Assembly (NCBI GenBank): GCA_963665115.1
Contig: OY762007.1
Location: 7,904,001 to 7,968,000 of the forward strand
Direction: 5' to 3'
Source of the DNA: an uncultured Rivularia sp.
Lineage (GTDB): Bacteria > Cyanobacteriota > Cyanobacteriia > Cyanobacteriales > Nostocaceae
Length of the DNA: 64,000 nt
Shown here piece by piece: positions 32,325-42,836 of this stretch; positions within the stretch are counted from its first letter, which is position 1; each line of letters begins with the position of its first letter. The position numbers and the translations under genes were made by a program. The notes beneath the pieces are model-generated. The model saw only the letters and a program-made list of their open reading frames with translations, was not told the origin of the DNA and did no database searches.

Positions 32325-32497
32325 AGCTGATGTGCAGCTAAATTATATAATGTGTTAGCGCAGCGTGTCCGAAGGACATAAAAGTGAAAGTATTGTAGTG
32401 CTGTCTAAGACTATCGTCTCGCTCCGCTAACGCAGCGTGTCCGCCAGGACATGCATCTTGCACGAAGGGTATTATACAAATTAAGTGCGTAACAGCT
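32325..32497. mobile_element. MITE copy 3 (173 bp), TA-flanked, with nested 51-nt insert at 32402-32452
   Basis: Matches copy 1 apart from the insert replacing GA in the internal REP. TA on both sides. Confidence 0.88.
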
Positions 32498-32842
32498 TAC
32501 AAATAGTCGCTACTCATGGGCTTTTAAAAATGTTGGAGCAAGTCGCCTGTAGTCACCTCCAAACTGATGAGTACCTACGTGATGTAATAACTTCTATATA
32601 ATCGAAAATTGCTATGCACGAGAACCAATAAAGCAGGTTTTCAAGACATCATAATTTTTCACAACTCAAATACAAGTACTAGAGTCGCAAAAATAATCAA
32701 GTATTACCCTATACAAAATAAATATCCAAAGTAACAACTTTTTTTGAAGCAATTATTACCTTGGGTAGTACATTTATTCATGAATAAAAGTAACAATACA
32801 CGATGTAACCTTAAAACGTTACAAGTAACCGAATTTATTTCA

Positions 32843-32877
32843 AGCCTCGCTTCGCTAAAGTGAGGCTCTTTTTTTTG
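32843..32877 (+). terminator. Intrinsic terminator with no annotated gene directly upstream
   Basis: agcctcgctt-loop-aagtgaggct stem (one G-U pair) followed by a T-run. Confidence 0.7.
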
Positions 32878-33211
32878 ATTCGCAAATTTGATATCTTTTA
32901 GAGAATTGGTAAATTACTACCTATTATTTTTTTAGGTAGATACTTAGGTACTTTAATCTTTTTTCTTGATTAAAGTCAATAAATCTGAAGCAATAATTTT
33001 AATTTGTGTATGATAATACTTTTTGCATAAAATTTTGATATACATAATTGCTTGCTAAAAACGGGCTTGACTACTTATATTTTTGATATTTTTCTTATTA
33101 TCAAGACTCACTTCTTCCGCACGATAATTATCATTGAGCAAATTAATTGTCTTTAAAATCAATAGACGGGAAGATAATAATGGATAAATACAGCGTTGCC
33201 AATGTATACCA

Positions 33212-34432
33212 ATGAAAATACTTGTACTAAATGCAGGCTCCAGTACTCAAAAAAGTTGTTTGTACGATTTAAGCACGGGTAATCTTCCCTCTTCACCACC
33301 AGTACCCATGTGGGAAGGTAAAGTAGATTGGAGCCATCATCAAGGTGTAGCAGAAATAGAGGTTGAAACAGCTTCCGGGGAGAAGTTAACGGAGGAAATT
33401 GCTACGGATTCCCAATCTGAAGTAATGGCTCGTTTGCTTAACACTATATGCCAAGGTGAGACTTCAGTTATTAGTCAACTTTCTCAAATTGATGTAGTTG
33501 GACATCGAGTTGTGCATGGTGGTAGAGAATACAGAGAAAGTACGGTGATTACACAGAAAGTAAAAGATGCGATCGCGCAACTGGCAAATCTCGCTCCAGC
33601 ACACAATCCAGTCAATTTAGCTGGTATCGAAGCAGTAGAAAATGTTTTAGGAGAAATCAAACAAGTTGCGGTTTTTGATACCGCCTTTCATGGCAATATA
33701 CCCGATGCTGCGGCTATTTATCCCGGCCCCTATAATTGGGTAGAACAGGATATTATTCGTTATGGATTTCATGGTATCAGCCATCAATACTGTTCCCAAC
33801 GTGCTGCCGATATTCTTGGCAAAGATTTACAATCGTTACGTTTAATTACCTGTCATTTAGGCAATGGTTGTTCTTTAGCGGCGATTAAAAATGGTCATAG
33901 CGTAGATACCACGATGGGCTTTACTCCCCTTGACGGATTGATGATGGGCAATCGTTCCGGTAGCGTCGATCCCGGAATTCTTATTTACCTGTTGCGACAA
34001 GGCAATTATACGGTAGAGCAGTTAGATGACTTACTTAACAAAGCATCGGGATTAAGCGGTATATCTGGAATCTCCGGCGATATGCGGCAAATAAAAGCAG
34101 CAATTACAAATGGCGATCGCCGCGCTCAACTTGCTTTCGATATCTACATACATCGCTTGCGTTCCAATATTGGTGCCATGCTTGGCAGTTTGGGAGGATT
34201 AGATGCTTTAGTATTTACTGCTGGTGTTGGCGAAAATGCCCCTGAAGTTCGCCAAGCAGCTTGTGAAGCTTTTGAATTTTTAGGAATAAAAATTGATCTT
34301 GATAAAAATACCAGTAAACCCGTAGACGAAAATATTTCTACATCTGATTCAGCAGTAAAGGTATTAGTCATTCATACCCAAGAAGATTGGCAGATTGCTC
34401 GTGAATGTTACCATCTAGTTGGGAATTGGTAA
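33212..34432 (+). CDS. ackA: Acetate kinase
   Basis: LVLNAGSSTQK, GHRVVHGG, VFDTAFH, RYGFHG, HLGNG, TMGFTPLDG, FTAGVGEN. Confidence 0.96.
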   Translation: MKILVLNAGSSTQKSCLYDLSTGNLPSSPPVPMWEGKVDWSHHQGVAEIEVETASGEKLTEEIATDSQSEVMARLLNTICQGETSVISQLSQIDVVGHRVVHGGREYRESTVITQKVKDAIAQLANLAPAHNPVNLAGIEAVENVLGEIKQVAVFDTAFHGNIPDAAAIYPGPYNWVEQDIIRYGFHGISHQYCSQRAADILGKDLQSLRLITCHLGNGCSLAAIKNGHSVDTTMGFTPLDGLMMGNRSGSVDPGILIYLLRQGNYTVEQLDDLLNKASGLSGISGISGDMRQIKAAITNGDRRAQLAFDIYIHRLRSNIGAMLGSLGGLDALVFTAGVGENAPEVRQAACEAFEFLGIKIDLDKNTSKPVDENISTSDSAVKVLVIHTQEDWQIARECYHLVGNW

Positions 34433-34638
34433 TTAGTAATTGGTAATTGGTAATTGGGGATTGGGCATTGGGCATTGGGAATTGAGAAAATATGAGAGGC
34501 ATTATAAATATCTAGATGCAGACATACGATTATTGATATTTCCATTCATCCTATCTATTTGTAATTAATAAATCCTCACTTCTCTACAACTCCCTACTCC
34601 CTACTCCCTACTCCCAACTCCCTACTCCCTCATTCAAC

Positions 34639-34670
34639 AAATGCCCGCCCTTAGAGACAGGACGAGCATT
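34639..34670 (-). terminator. Probable terminator hairpin of the minus-strand gene pair
   Basis: On the minus strand aatgctcgtcct pairs with agggcgggcatt using G-U pairs; it does not pair cleanly on the plus strand. Weak U tail. Confidence 0.5.
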
Positions 34671-34702
34671 GCTGAGTCAAACATATTACATTGAACTATC
34701 GC

Positions 34703-35804
34703 TTAAGATGTCTTTTGAGCATTCATAGTATCTAAATCCCAGGTGTAATAGCCCAGTTTGTTGGGAACTCTGGCAAATCTGCCAATACGATACCCGCGAG
34801 AAAGCTCACCTAGTACCATGCTCCGAATTTTCATGTCTCTAATCTCTTCTTCGTCAAGCGCTCCATAAATCTGTTCGATTATTTCACTAACAGAATAGAT
34901 TTTTCCGGAGCTATCTTCTAAAAACGAAGAAATGGCATCAATGAGAAACTGACCCTTCGTACTGAGGCAGCATTGGTATTTTTTTGGTTCGCTGAGGTAT
35001 CAGCTGCTTCCTCGCTTTTGACTTGCCTTTTTTAGATTTAGATTTACTGCCGGGTGGTGTTACCAAACTCAAATCTAATGTATAGCAACCAGGCTCGTCA
35101 GGAACCGATTCCCAGTACATTTGTTCTTTCCCGTGGGTAAGGGAAGAATGGACTCTACCTTTGACAATTTTGAATGCAGTTGACTCTAAATCTCCATAAA
35201 GCGATCGCACTACCAAATCGATATGACAGACTTTGCCTCTTTTTTCTTCCAAAAGCTGTTTTATGGCTTCTATTCGGGAAATATGCCGGAATTCGGGCAG
35301 CATCTGAATGTCAGAGCCACTTTTCGCACTATATTTTCCCTTGGATGATGTTGCTTTTTCGAGCCTGGAAGAAGCGAGGGCATCATCATCTTCACTTTCT
35401 CGATCGGTATCTTCTTCTGAAACTTCTGAAGTAGATTCGTCCGAAGTTTCTAGTTCAGACTCAGTGTCTTCGCCCAGTTCCTCAACTGAATCGGTTTCTT
35501 GGGTATTACTACCTTTAAGCTGAGATTCGATTGCTTCTCTAGATAGATGTGTGGATGTTTGCGTAATTGCAGTCACATCAAGTATCTCAAGCCCAGGGAA
35601 GCTTTTACCGTTGATTAAAGCAGAAGAATTAGACAGCAAGGCTTCAACGTGAGCAAGCTGAATTCTGGCGGTAGTGACTTTTAACTCGTACTCTTGTACT
35701 AAGCGAGCATAATATTTCCTCAAACCTAGTAATGGTTCGATTAAAGCTTGAGGTGGTGTTTCTAAGTTCTGCTGCGACTCTGGTTTCATATCGTTCTGAT
35801 TCAA
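34703..35804 (-). CDS. Hypothetical protein: coiled coil, acidic linker, two repeated winged-helix-like domains; +1 frameshift near 34954
   Basis: Removing one G from gaagggtcag extends the ORF by ...[22 protein letters not shown]...[12 protein letters not shown]...* to 34703. This extension repeats the earlier MLPEF...[14 protein letters not shown]...[12 protein letters not shown] domain. Confidence 0.75.
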
Positions 35805-36049
35805 CTAACTTCAGCCTCTCCTTTATATTTCATTGCCCTTGGTTTCGCTTTACTAGACCTAGTATTTGATTTCCGATAGGACGGTTGAGGTGGACGACAT
35901 TTCTCGCAATAAAGCGGGCGAGGTCCAAAAGTTTCTCGGTCTGTAGGCTTGTTGCACTCTTTACATACAAACGAAAATACCCTTGTATGAATTTCACGCT
36001 TGTGCGCTCGGACGGTGTACTCTCTAACGTTAATTGTCTTACTTGTCAT
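35801..36049 (-). CDS. Small basic Zn-ribbon protein
   Basis: CKEC...CEKC pair and K/R-rich tail. Its stop overlaps the next start codon. Confidence 0.75.
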   Translation of the reverse strand: MTSKTINVREYTVRAHKREIHTRVFSFVCKECNKPTDRETFGPRPLYCEKCRPPQPSYRKSNTRSSKAKPRAMKYKGEAEVS

Positions 36050-36228
36050 GATTACAAATTTTCAAATCTTGTCCTAATATAGTCATTCGACAGCAGAATG
36101 GTGTGCTTACATTTTATAGACTCAGCAGTTGCGGGCCACGCATATTGATTTTTCTATTCGCGGTTTTGCTTATCCGGGAAAGATACCGATCGCGAATGGC
36201 ACAAAATACATTTGTCTATTTTCTACAG

Positions 36229-36261
36229 AACTACATATGACTACTTTAGTCATATATAGTT
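36229..36261. promoter_or_regulatory. 15-bp inverted repeat (14/15 match, 3-nt spacer); candidate operator between divergent genes
   Basis: aactacatatgacta-ctt-tagtcatatatagtt. Confidence 0.5.
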
Positions 36262-36482
36262 TTTTACAGACTAATAGCTCGGCTTGAGTCGAAGAACTGG
36301 GAAATTTTAGTTTTAATGTCCCCAGTAAGCTTCAAAGTAACAATTCAAATTGCTCCCTGTGTTTTGAAAACGGTCAGACAAGGCAGCAAACTACGATGAG
36401 TCTCTTGAATTGAGCCTGTTACTTCTTACGAGTATGAGGGAACTATGAGGTAGTAATACAATACCTTTTAGTTGTCCTCACA

Positions 36483-37274
36483 ATGTTAGCTCTATCTCGT
36501 CAAGCCATTACCTCGTCAAGTGTAGCCTGTTTATGCTTATTTGCAGTTAGTTCGTTACAATTTCCGCGAATGCAAAAATTGCTCTCTGACAAAACAACAA
36601 ATACAGTAGAAGCCTTGGAAAGAGAGATCAACGCGGAAGAAGTCCGTCTTAAATTCCTCAAAAAAATTCCTACATTTGGCTATGATAACTTAATTGCAAA
36701 TTGGATATATCTTAATTTTTTACAATATTTTGGAGATGATGAAAATCGGGATAAAACTGGTTATAGATTAAGTCCGCAATACTTTGAAATAATTTTAAAG
36801 CGCGACCCTAAGTTTGTAAATGCCTATTTGGCACTTTCGACAAGCGCTTCTATGTATGCTGGTATGCCGGAAAAGTCTGTAAAGATTATGAATGAAGGGT
36901 TAGAGTCACTTAATCCTTGGGTTCCGAAAAATTCTTACTATATATGGCGTTACAAAGGAGTTGATGAGTTACTATTTTTAGGCGATTATAGCGCTGCAAG
37001 AAAATCTTTTATGAGTGCTTCTGAATGGGCTAGCGAACATTCAGATGAAGAAAGCAAGCTATCGGCATCTATTTCCCGAACAACCGCAGAATTTATCCAA
37101 AAAAATCCTGATAGTAAAAATGCTCAAATTTCTGCTTGGGGTATGGTATTAAGTAGTGGAACCGATAAGAAAACTTATCAAAGAGCAATTCGCGAAATCG
37201 AAGCTTTAGGCGGAGAAGTAGTTTCTACACCTCAAGGTAATCAAATTCGATTCTCTAAGAGTAGCGAGCAGTAA
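36483..37274 (+). CDS. Cyanobacterial hypothetical protein, N-terminal signal/TM and helical (TPR-like) body
   Basis: 263-aa ORF with PTFGYDNLIANWIYLNFLQYFGD...RDPKF. Confidence 0.75.
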   Translation: MLALSRQAITSSSVACLCLFAVSSLQFPRMQKLLSDKTTNTVEALEREINAEEVRLKFLKKIPTFGYDNLIANWIYLNFLQYFGDDENRDKTGYRLSPQYFEIILKRDPKFVNAYLALSTSASMYAGMPEKSVKIMNEGLESLNPWVPKNSYYIWRYKGVDELLFLGDYSAARKSFMSASEWASEHSDEESKLSASISRTTAEFIQKNPDSKNAQISAWGMVLSSGTDKKTYQRAIREIEALGGEVVSTPQGNQIRFSKSSEQ

Positions 37275-37701
37275 GCAGTGAGCAGTGAGCAGTGAACAAT
37301 AAATTCATTACAAAGCATCGATACTTCGATCTTATAAAAGTAAAAGATTTTGGAATCAAAATCTAGTAAAAAAAGTTTGGGAGAAAGAAATTTCTACTCC
37401 CAACTTTCCCTAAAATATACAATTCCCCAATTCCAACCTTTTTACTGCTCGCTGATTACTGCTCAATGACGATCCATATCCTACGGGTGAATACTGCTCA
37501 CTGCTCACCGATCGTTGATTATTCTTTTTTCGTGACAAAGAAATAATATTTTGCTTAATAGGAAACAAAAAACTTGCATAAATATTAAGTTTTGTAAAAA
37601 TGAGAGATTAAAAACTAGAAAGAATATTTATAGATAGTTAGACTACAGAAACAGCATATGTACTGCTATTAATAAAAAGTCAGCGCTTTCCATTAGCCTA
37701 A

Positions 37702-40700
37702 ATGATTCCAGTACAAGTAACATTAAAAAACTTTCTCAGTTATCAAGACGCAAGTTTGGATTTTAGCGGACTCCATACGGCGTGCATTTGTGGCTCTAAT
37801 GGTGCAGGCAAATCTTCGCTTTTAGAAGCTATAACTTGGGTAGTTTGGGGTGAGAGTAGAGCGGCTTCAGAGGATGATATTATTCACACTGGAGCCAAAG
37901 ATGCCCGAGTTGATTTCACTTTTGAAGCTAACGGAGAAATTTATCGAGTAATTCGTACCCGTCGTCGGGGAACTAGTAGCGCTTTGGAGTTTCAAATTGA
38001 AACAGAAGAAGGGTTCAAGTCTCTTACTAGTAAAGGTTTAAGGGCAACTCAAGAGGAAGTTATTAATCATATAAAACTTGATTACGATACTTTTATAAAT
38101 TCTGCTTACTTACGTCAAGGGCGGGCTGATGAGTTTATGCTCAAACGTCCGAGCGAGCGTAAAGAGATTTTAGCTGAGTTATTAAAATTAAATCAATATG
38201 ATGAGCTTGAAGACAAAGCCAAAGAATTATCGCGTCAGTTAAAAGCAAGGGGAGAAGAATTAGAGCGCCAGATGGGATCGATTAAATCTCAACTGCAACA
38301 ACAAGAAACTATTGCTCAACAAAGAACTGAGTTAGAAACCGAACTTAACGAACTACAAAAGCTACAGGGTTTTGACAATATTCAGTTGCAAAATTTACAG
38401 GTTATTCAACATCAGCGACAAGGTTGGGAAGAGCAACTGCATTTTGTGCGGCAGCAATATAATAATCTCACTCAAGATAGCAAGCGTTTGGAAAGCGAAC
38501 AATCCAGCTTGAAGATTCAGCTTGAGTCTTTGGAAGGTTTATTAAATCAGTCTTCAGAGATTAAAGCCGGATATATCCATTATCAAACTCTGCAATCTGA
38601 AGAAGAATCAATGGGGGCAATACTAACAGAATATACCCGCGCTTCTCAATTGCGTCAGCAACGACAGCAGCAGTTGAGCAAGCATATTCAAGGAATTGAG
38701 CGACAGTTACAACAAAGTCAAGCGCAATTAGAAGCTTTAGTGCAGCAAGAGCAAGATATTGGGCGGACTCTTAATAATACGGGTGATGTGGAAACTGCCT
38801 TAGAAAAATTAAAAGCAGCCCGTCAACGTCTGAATAATTTGGATAATTTGCAAATGCAGGTAACTCCATTGTTGCAGCAGCGTCAACAATTGCAAACCGA
38901 GTTGCATCGCACTCAAGCCGGTATAGTAGCGCGAGTCGAGCAATTGCAGACTACATTCATGCAATTGCGTTTGCAATCTCGCAAGCAACCGCAACTTCAA
39001 CAAGCAGTTATTGAAGTAGAGACAAGGATCGAACAGTTAGATAAAGATAAGGTTTATCTGCAAAGACTACAGGAAAAAGGACTAGAAAAGCGGAGTTTTA
39101 TGGAGCGCCTGCACGCCCAGCAGCGGGAATACGAGCGGCTTTTAGGGGAGTTGGAACAAAAATTGCAAATGTTGCAAAATCCCGATGCTGTTTGTCCTTT
39201 ATGCGAACGTCCTTTGGATGAGCATCACTGGAATCGAGTAGCTGATAAAACTAAGGTTGAATATAAAGATACCGAGGGACAATTATGGGTATTTCGCGAA
39301 CAACTGGCAGTCTCAGAACGAGAAATTCAGCTTTTCAGGCAGGAATATCGCAGCGTAAACGGTAAATTGTCTCCTTATGAATCTTTACGCGAGCAAAAGG
39401 GAGAATTAGCCGCACAATTGCAGGCAACCAGTGAAGTTGACATACAGATACAGAAAATCGCCGATGAAAAAGAGAGATTAGAAAAAACTCTACATTTAGG
39501 TGATTACGCGCCTCAACAGCAAAAAGAATTGCAGGAATTAGAAGACTATTTACTTACCCTTGATTACAACGAACAGAATCATGCTTTAGCTCGCAGCGAA
39601 GTTGAGAGATGGCGATGGGCAGAAATTAAGCAAGGGCAAATTAAAGATGCACGTAAGCGGCAAGCACAATTAGCAGCAAGAAAGCCCGAAATTCAAGGAT
39701 CGATTAGTCAATTAGAGAATCAAATTAAAGTAGAGCAAACTGCCAGCGAGATTGCTAGAGAAATCAAAGAATTAGAAAACAAAATTGTTGAGATGGGTTA
39801 CGATAACCAACGTCATAACCAAATCCGCATAGATGTAAGACAAGCCCAATCTTGGCATTTACGGCATCAGCAACTACTCTCAGCAGAATCTCGGCATCCC
39901 GAAATGAAAGCGCGATCGCAATCTTTACAGGAAGCATTAAAAGCTAGGTTGAGTGAAAAACAGCAGTTAGCTGCTCAAATTAACGGTATTGTGGCGCAAT
40001 TAGAACAAACCACCAATCCCACCGCTCAAATTCAGGATTTGGAACAGAAATTAGCAAACCGCCGCCGTCAACTCGACGATAAACTCGGTTATTTAGGACG
40101 ATTGCAGCAACAGTCTCAGTATTTAGAAAATCTGCAAGTACAGCATAAAGAGCAGCAGCAGCAACTCAAAAAAGTTCGCTCTCAGCAGCGAGTTTATCAG
40201 GAATTAGCCCAGGCATTTGGTAAAAATGGTATCCAAGCATTGATGATTGAAAATGTCTTACCACAGCTAGAAGCCGAGACAAATCAACTACTTTCTCGAT
40301 TGAGCGCAAATCAATTACACGTACAATTTGTGACTCAAAGAGCCGGTAAAAGCAGTAAAGCTAAAAAGAAAAATGCCAAATTAATAGACACCTTAGATAT
40401 TGTAATTGCCGATGCCAGAGGAACCCGAGCCTACGAAACCTATTCAGGTGGAGAAGCTTTTAGAATCAACTTTGCAATTCGTTTAGCACTAGCCAAATTA
40501 TTAGCGCAGCGAGCCGGAGCAGCCTTACAATTACTGATAGTTGATGAAGGATTCGGCACCCAAGACAACGAAGGATGCGACAGATTAATTGCAGCAATCA
40601 ACGCGATCGCACCCGACTTTGCCTGCATCCTCACCGTAACCCATATGCCCCATCTAAAAGAAGCCTTCGCCGCACGTATTGAAGTAGACAAAACCCAGGA

Positions 40701-40728
40701 TGGCTCTCAAATTAGGATGATGATTTAG
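37702..40728 (+). CDS. sbcC: SbcC/Rad50-like ATPase
   Basis: Walker A GSNGAGKSS, long coiled coil with CPLC zinc hook, YSGGE signature, LIVDEG Walker B. Confidence 0.93.
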   Translation: MIPVQVTLKNFLSYQDASLDFSGLHTACICGSNGAGKSSLLEAITWVVWGESRAASEDDIIHTGAKDARVDFTFEANGEIYRVIRTRRRGTSSALEFQIETEEGFKSLTSKGLRATQEEVINHIKLDYDTFINSAYLRQGRADEFMLKRPSERKEILAELLKLNQYDELEDKAKELSRQLKARGEELERQMGSIKSQLQQQETIAQQRTELETELNELQKLQGFDNIQLQNLQVIQHQRQGWEEQLHFVRQQYNNLTQDSKRLESEQSSLKIQLESLEGLLNQSSEIKAGYIHYQTLQSEEESMGAILTEYTRASQLRQQRQQQLSKHIQGIERQLQQSQAQLEALVQQEQDIGRTLNNTGDVETALEKLKAARQRLNNLDNLQMQVTPLLQQRQQLQTELHRTQAGIVARVEQLQTTFMQLRLQSRKQPQLQQAVIEVETRIEQLDKDKVYLQRLQEKGLEKRSFMERLHAQQREYERLLGELEQKLQMLQNPDAVCPLCERPLDEHHWNRVADKTKVEYKDTEGQLWVFREQLAVSEREIQLFRQEYRSVNGKLSPYESLREQKGELAAQLQATSEVDIQIQKIADEKERLEKTLHLGDYAPQQQKELQELEDYLLTLDYNEQNHALARSEVERWRWAEIKQGQIKDARKRQAQLAARKPEIQGSISQLENQIKVEQTASEIAREIKELENKIVEMGYDNQRHNQIRIDVRQAQSWHLRHQQLLSAESRHPEMKARSQSLQEALKARLSEKQQLAAQINGIVAQLEQTTNPTAQIQDLEQKLANRRRQLDDKLGYLGRLQQQSQYLENLQVQHKEQQQQLKKVRSQQRVYQELAQAFGKNGIQALMIENVLPQLEAETNQLLSRLSANQLHVQFVTQRAGKSSKAKKKNAKLIDTLDIVIADARGTRAYETYSGGEAFRINFAIRLALAKLLAQRAGAALQLLIVDEGFGTQDNEGCDRLIAAINAIAPDFACILTVTHMPHLKEAFAARIEVDKTQDGSQIRMMI

Positions 40729-40946
40729 ATTTGGGGATTGGGCATTGGGAAGAGGAGAGGGGGTAGAGGGGGTAGAGGGGGTAGAGGGGGTAGATAATTC
40801 TTAACTCCTAATTCCTAACTCCTAATTCCTAACTCCTAATTCCTAACTCCTAATTCCTAACTCCTAATTCCTAATTCTTACTGTTCCCTGTTTCCTGATC
40901 ACTGCTCACTGCTCACTGATAACAACTAACAACTAACCACTAACAA

Positions 40947-42602
40947 CTAATAACTAACAACTAACTTAAATTCGTCAAATTTAACAACTTCAGAATCTGG
41001 TTTACTTGTATCGAAACGATAGCTACTTACAGTACCTTGTTCGGTGTCAAATATGGTAAATACGGTAATTTCATTGCTGGAAATATAAGGTAACGGTTTG
41101 CCATTTTCGTCTAAAAGTGGGGCAATTGTCGGTACTATTGGTTCTAAGCCGTAGGGGTCGCCAATTTCTGTATAATTATCATCGTGCTTATTTGGTAAAT
41201 TTTTTCGCTTTCTATCTCCATATGCAGCACCGTAGGAATTACCTACATTAGATGTTTCTAAAAAGTGCATTCCACTGGGACTAACAAAGCGATTCCATAA
41301 ATGAGAATGTCCGTAAAATACTAACTGTACTCTTGCTTTTTCTAATAAAGGTATCAAGTCACGGGTAATATAATCCTGTTCTTTGGGATATTCATATCGC
41401 ACCGAGGTAATATTATCGTTGTTATCTCGTTCTATTATCTGCACTGGATCTGTGTAAGCAGGTACGATGTTATCTCCTAAAGTGTGGGGAGGATGATGAA
41501 ACATCACAACTTTATATTTTGCTTGCTGAAATTCATCGCTGTTGAGTTCCTTGACTAACCAATTATATTGAGTGCTACCTGCTTCTATTGGTTCGTAAAT
41601 ATGCTGTCCGTATCCCCAATTTTCTGGATTATTTAACTCTTTTTGTGGCTCGGCATATTTCCCTTTATGAGAATTTTCTGTAGTGAAATGCCGCCACATA
41701 TTAGTTACATATAAAACGACCAGGCGTATATCACCGAAACTTACCGCATAGTAACCTTTTTCACCTGTTTCAGTTTCCGGGAAGCTAAATATTTTATCGA
41801 AAGTATCGGTATTAAAAGAATGATTCTCTAATGATTTTTCTCCGTACAGCTTCTGAGCAACATCACGGGGAATAGTATCGTTGAATTCTTCATTCAAACT
41901 TTTTCCAGTTTTAAACCGTCCCATCACTTCATGATTTCCAATACAGGGAAATATGGGAGCATTTTGAATTATTTGTCCTCCTTTATAAGTTGTTTCTACA
42001 CCGTCGTATTTCATTACGTATTTAGCATGTCCTTGAAAACAAGGAAAAAAAGCGTTGCCACGATTATCATCAAACCATTCACTAGCACGGTCTGGTATAT
42101 TAACTAAATCGCCAGCAAAAAAAACTGCATCAACCCGCCCAAAAGTTTCTTTTACTTTTTGTAAGTTTGCTGCTACCATCGGCTTGATTTGATGGTCGGA
42201 AGTTAATAAAATTTTCAGTGGTTTACCAGGAAGTGGAGCAGGTTCAAGAGTGAAAGCTCTACTGCTAATTAATTGGCTATTTTCTCCAATACTCGATATT
42301 CGATAAGAAATTCTTTTGCCTGGAACCAAATCGGTTAAACAAGCTTCATGTCGCCAAATTTCCCGTAAAACAGGGTGCGAATAAACTTGTCCGTCTGCTG
42401 TTTGATTTCCGACTCGCGACTGTTGATCTTCTCTGAGATGAACTGGTCTAACTTTTCTAGTAAACACAGTTGCTAGTAAATTACTACCGTATGAAACGGC
42501 GTGGCCATCACCCATAAATTCGGTAAACCAGACAACACGCGCAGAAGTTTGAGTCGGGAATTGTAAAAATGGTTCTGTTAGAAATTTTAGGTGGGATTTC
42601 AT
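40947..42602 (-). CDS. Purple-acid-phosphatase-like metallophosphoesterase with FN3-like N-terminus
   Basis: LTSDHQ, AGDLVN, IGNHE, HHPPH, GHSH. Confidence 0.85.
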   Translation of the reverse strand: MKSHLKFLTEPFLQFPTQTSARVVWFTEFMGDGHAVSYGSNLLATVFTRKVRPVHLREDQQSRVGNQTADGQVYSHPVLREIWRHEACLTDLVPGKRISYRISSIGENSQLISSRAFTLEPAPLPGKPLKILLTSDHQIKPMVAANLQKVKETFGRVDAVFFAGDLVNIPDRASEWFDDNRGNAFFPCFQGHAKYVMKYDGVETTYKGGQIIQNAPIFPCIGNHEVMGRFKTGKSLNEEFNDTIPRDVAQKLYGEKSLENHSFNTDTFDKIFSFPETETGEKGYYAVSFGDIRLVVLYVTNMWRHFTTENSHKGKYAEPQKELNNPENWGYGQHIYEPIEAGSTQYNWLVKELNSDEFQQAKYKVVMFHHPPHTLGDNIVPAYTDPVQIIERDNNDNITSVRYEYPKEQDYITRDLIPLLEKARVQLVFYGHSHLWNRFVSPSGMHFLETSNVGNSYGAAYGDRKRKNLPNKHDDNYTEIGDPYGLEPIVPTIAPLLDENGKPLPYISSNEITVFTIFDTEQGTVSSYRFDTSKPDSEVVKFDEFKLVVSY

Positions 42603-42836
42603 AAGATTATTACCCAAAGAAAAAACTATCTAATTGGATGAGAGTCAAAATTTTTGTGCTAAATAATTTTAAAATCTTGTACGGCATTATGGCTCTATCA
42701 ATAGTTTTTATTTTTAGTCCTTCCGAAGGAAATCAATCTAATCTTTTCTGTATTAATAAGAATTGAAGTACAATTAAATTTACATTTCGCACCAATGTCA
42801 GAAACTTTTAGAATTAATCCCCATAGTTAGATAAAA

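Noticed and set aside
36340..36470. Possible riboswitch in the leader of the 36483 gene
   Set aside because: I could not match conserved cores of known classes (e.g. c-di-GMP-I, glutamine). It would need an Infernal scan.
37651..37664. Possible LexA box before sbcC (minus strand AGTACATATGCTGT)
   Set aside because: Only one half-site matches RGTACNNNDGTWCB. Plausible, but not supportable by eye.
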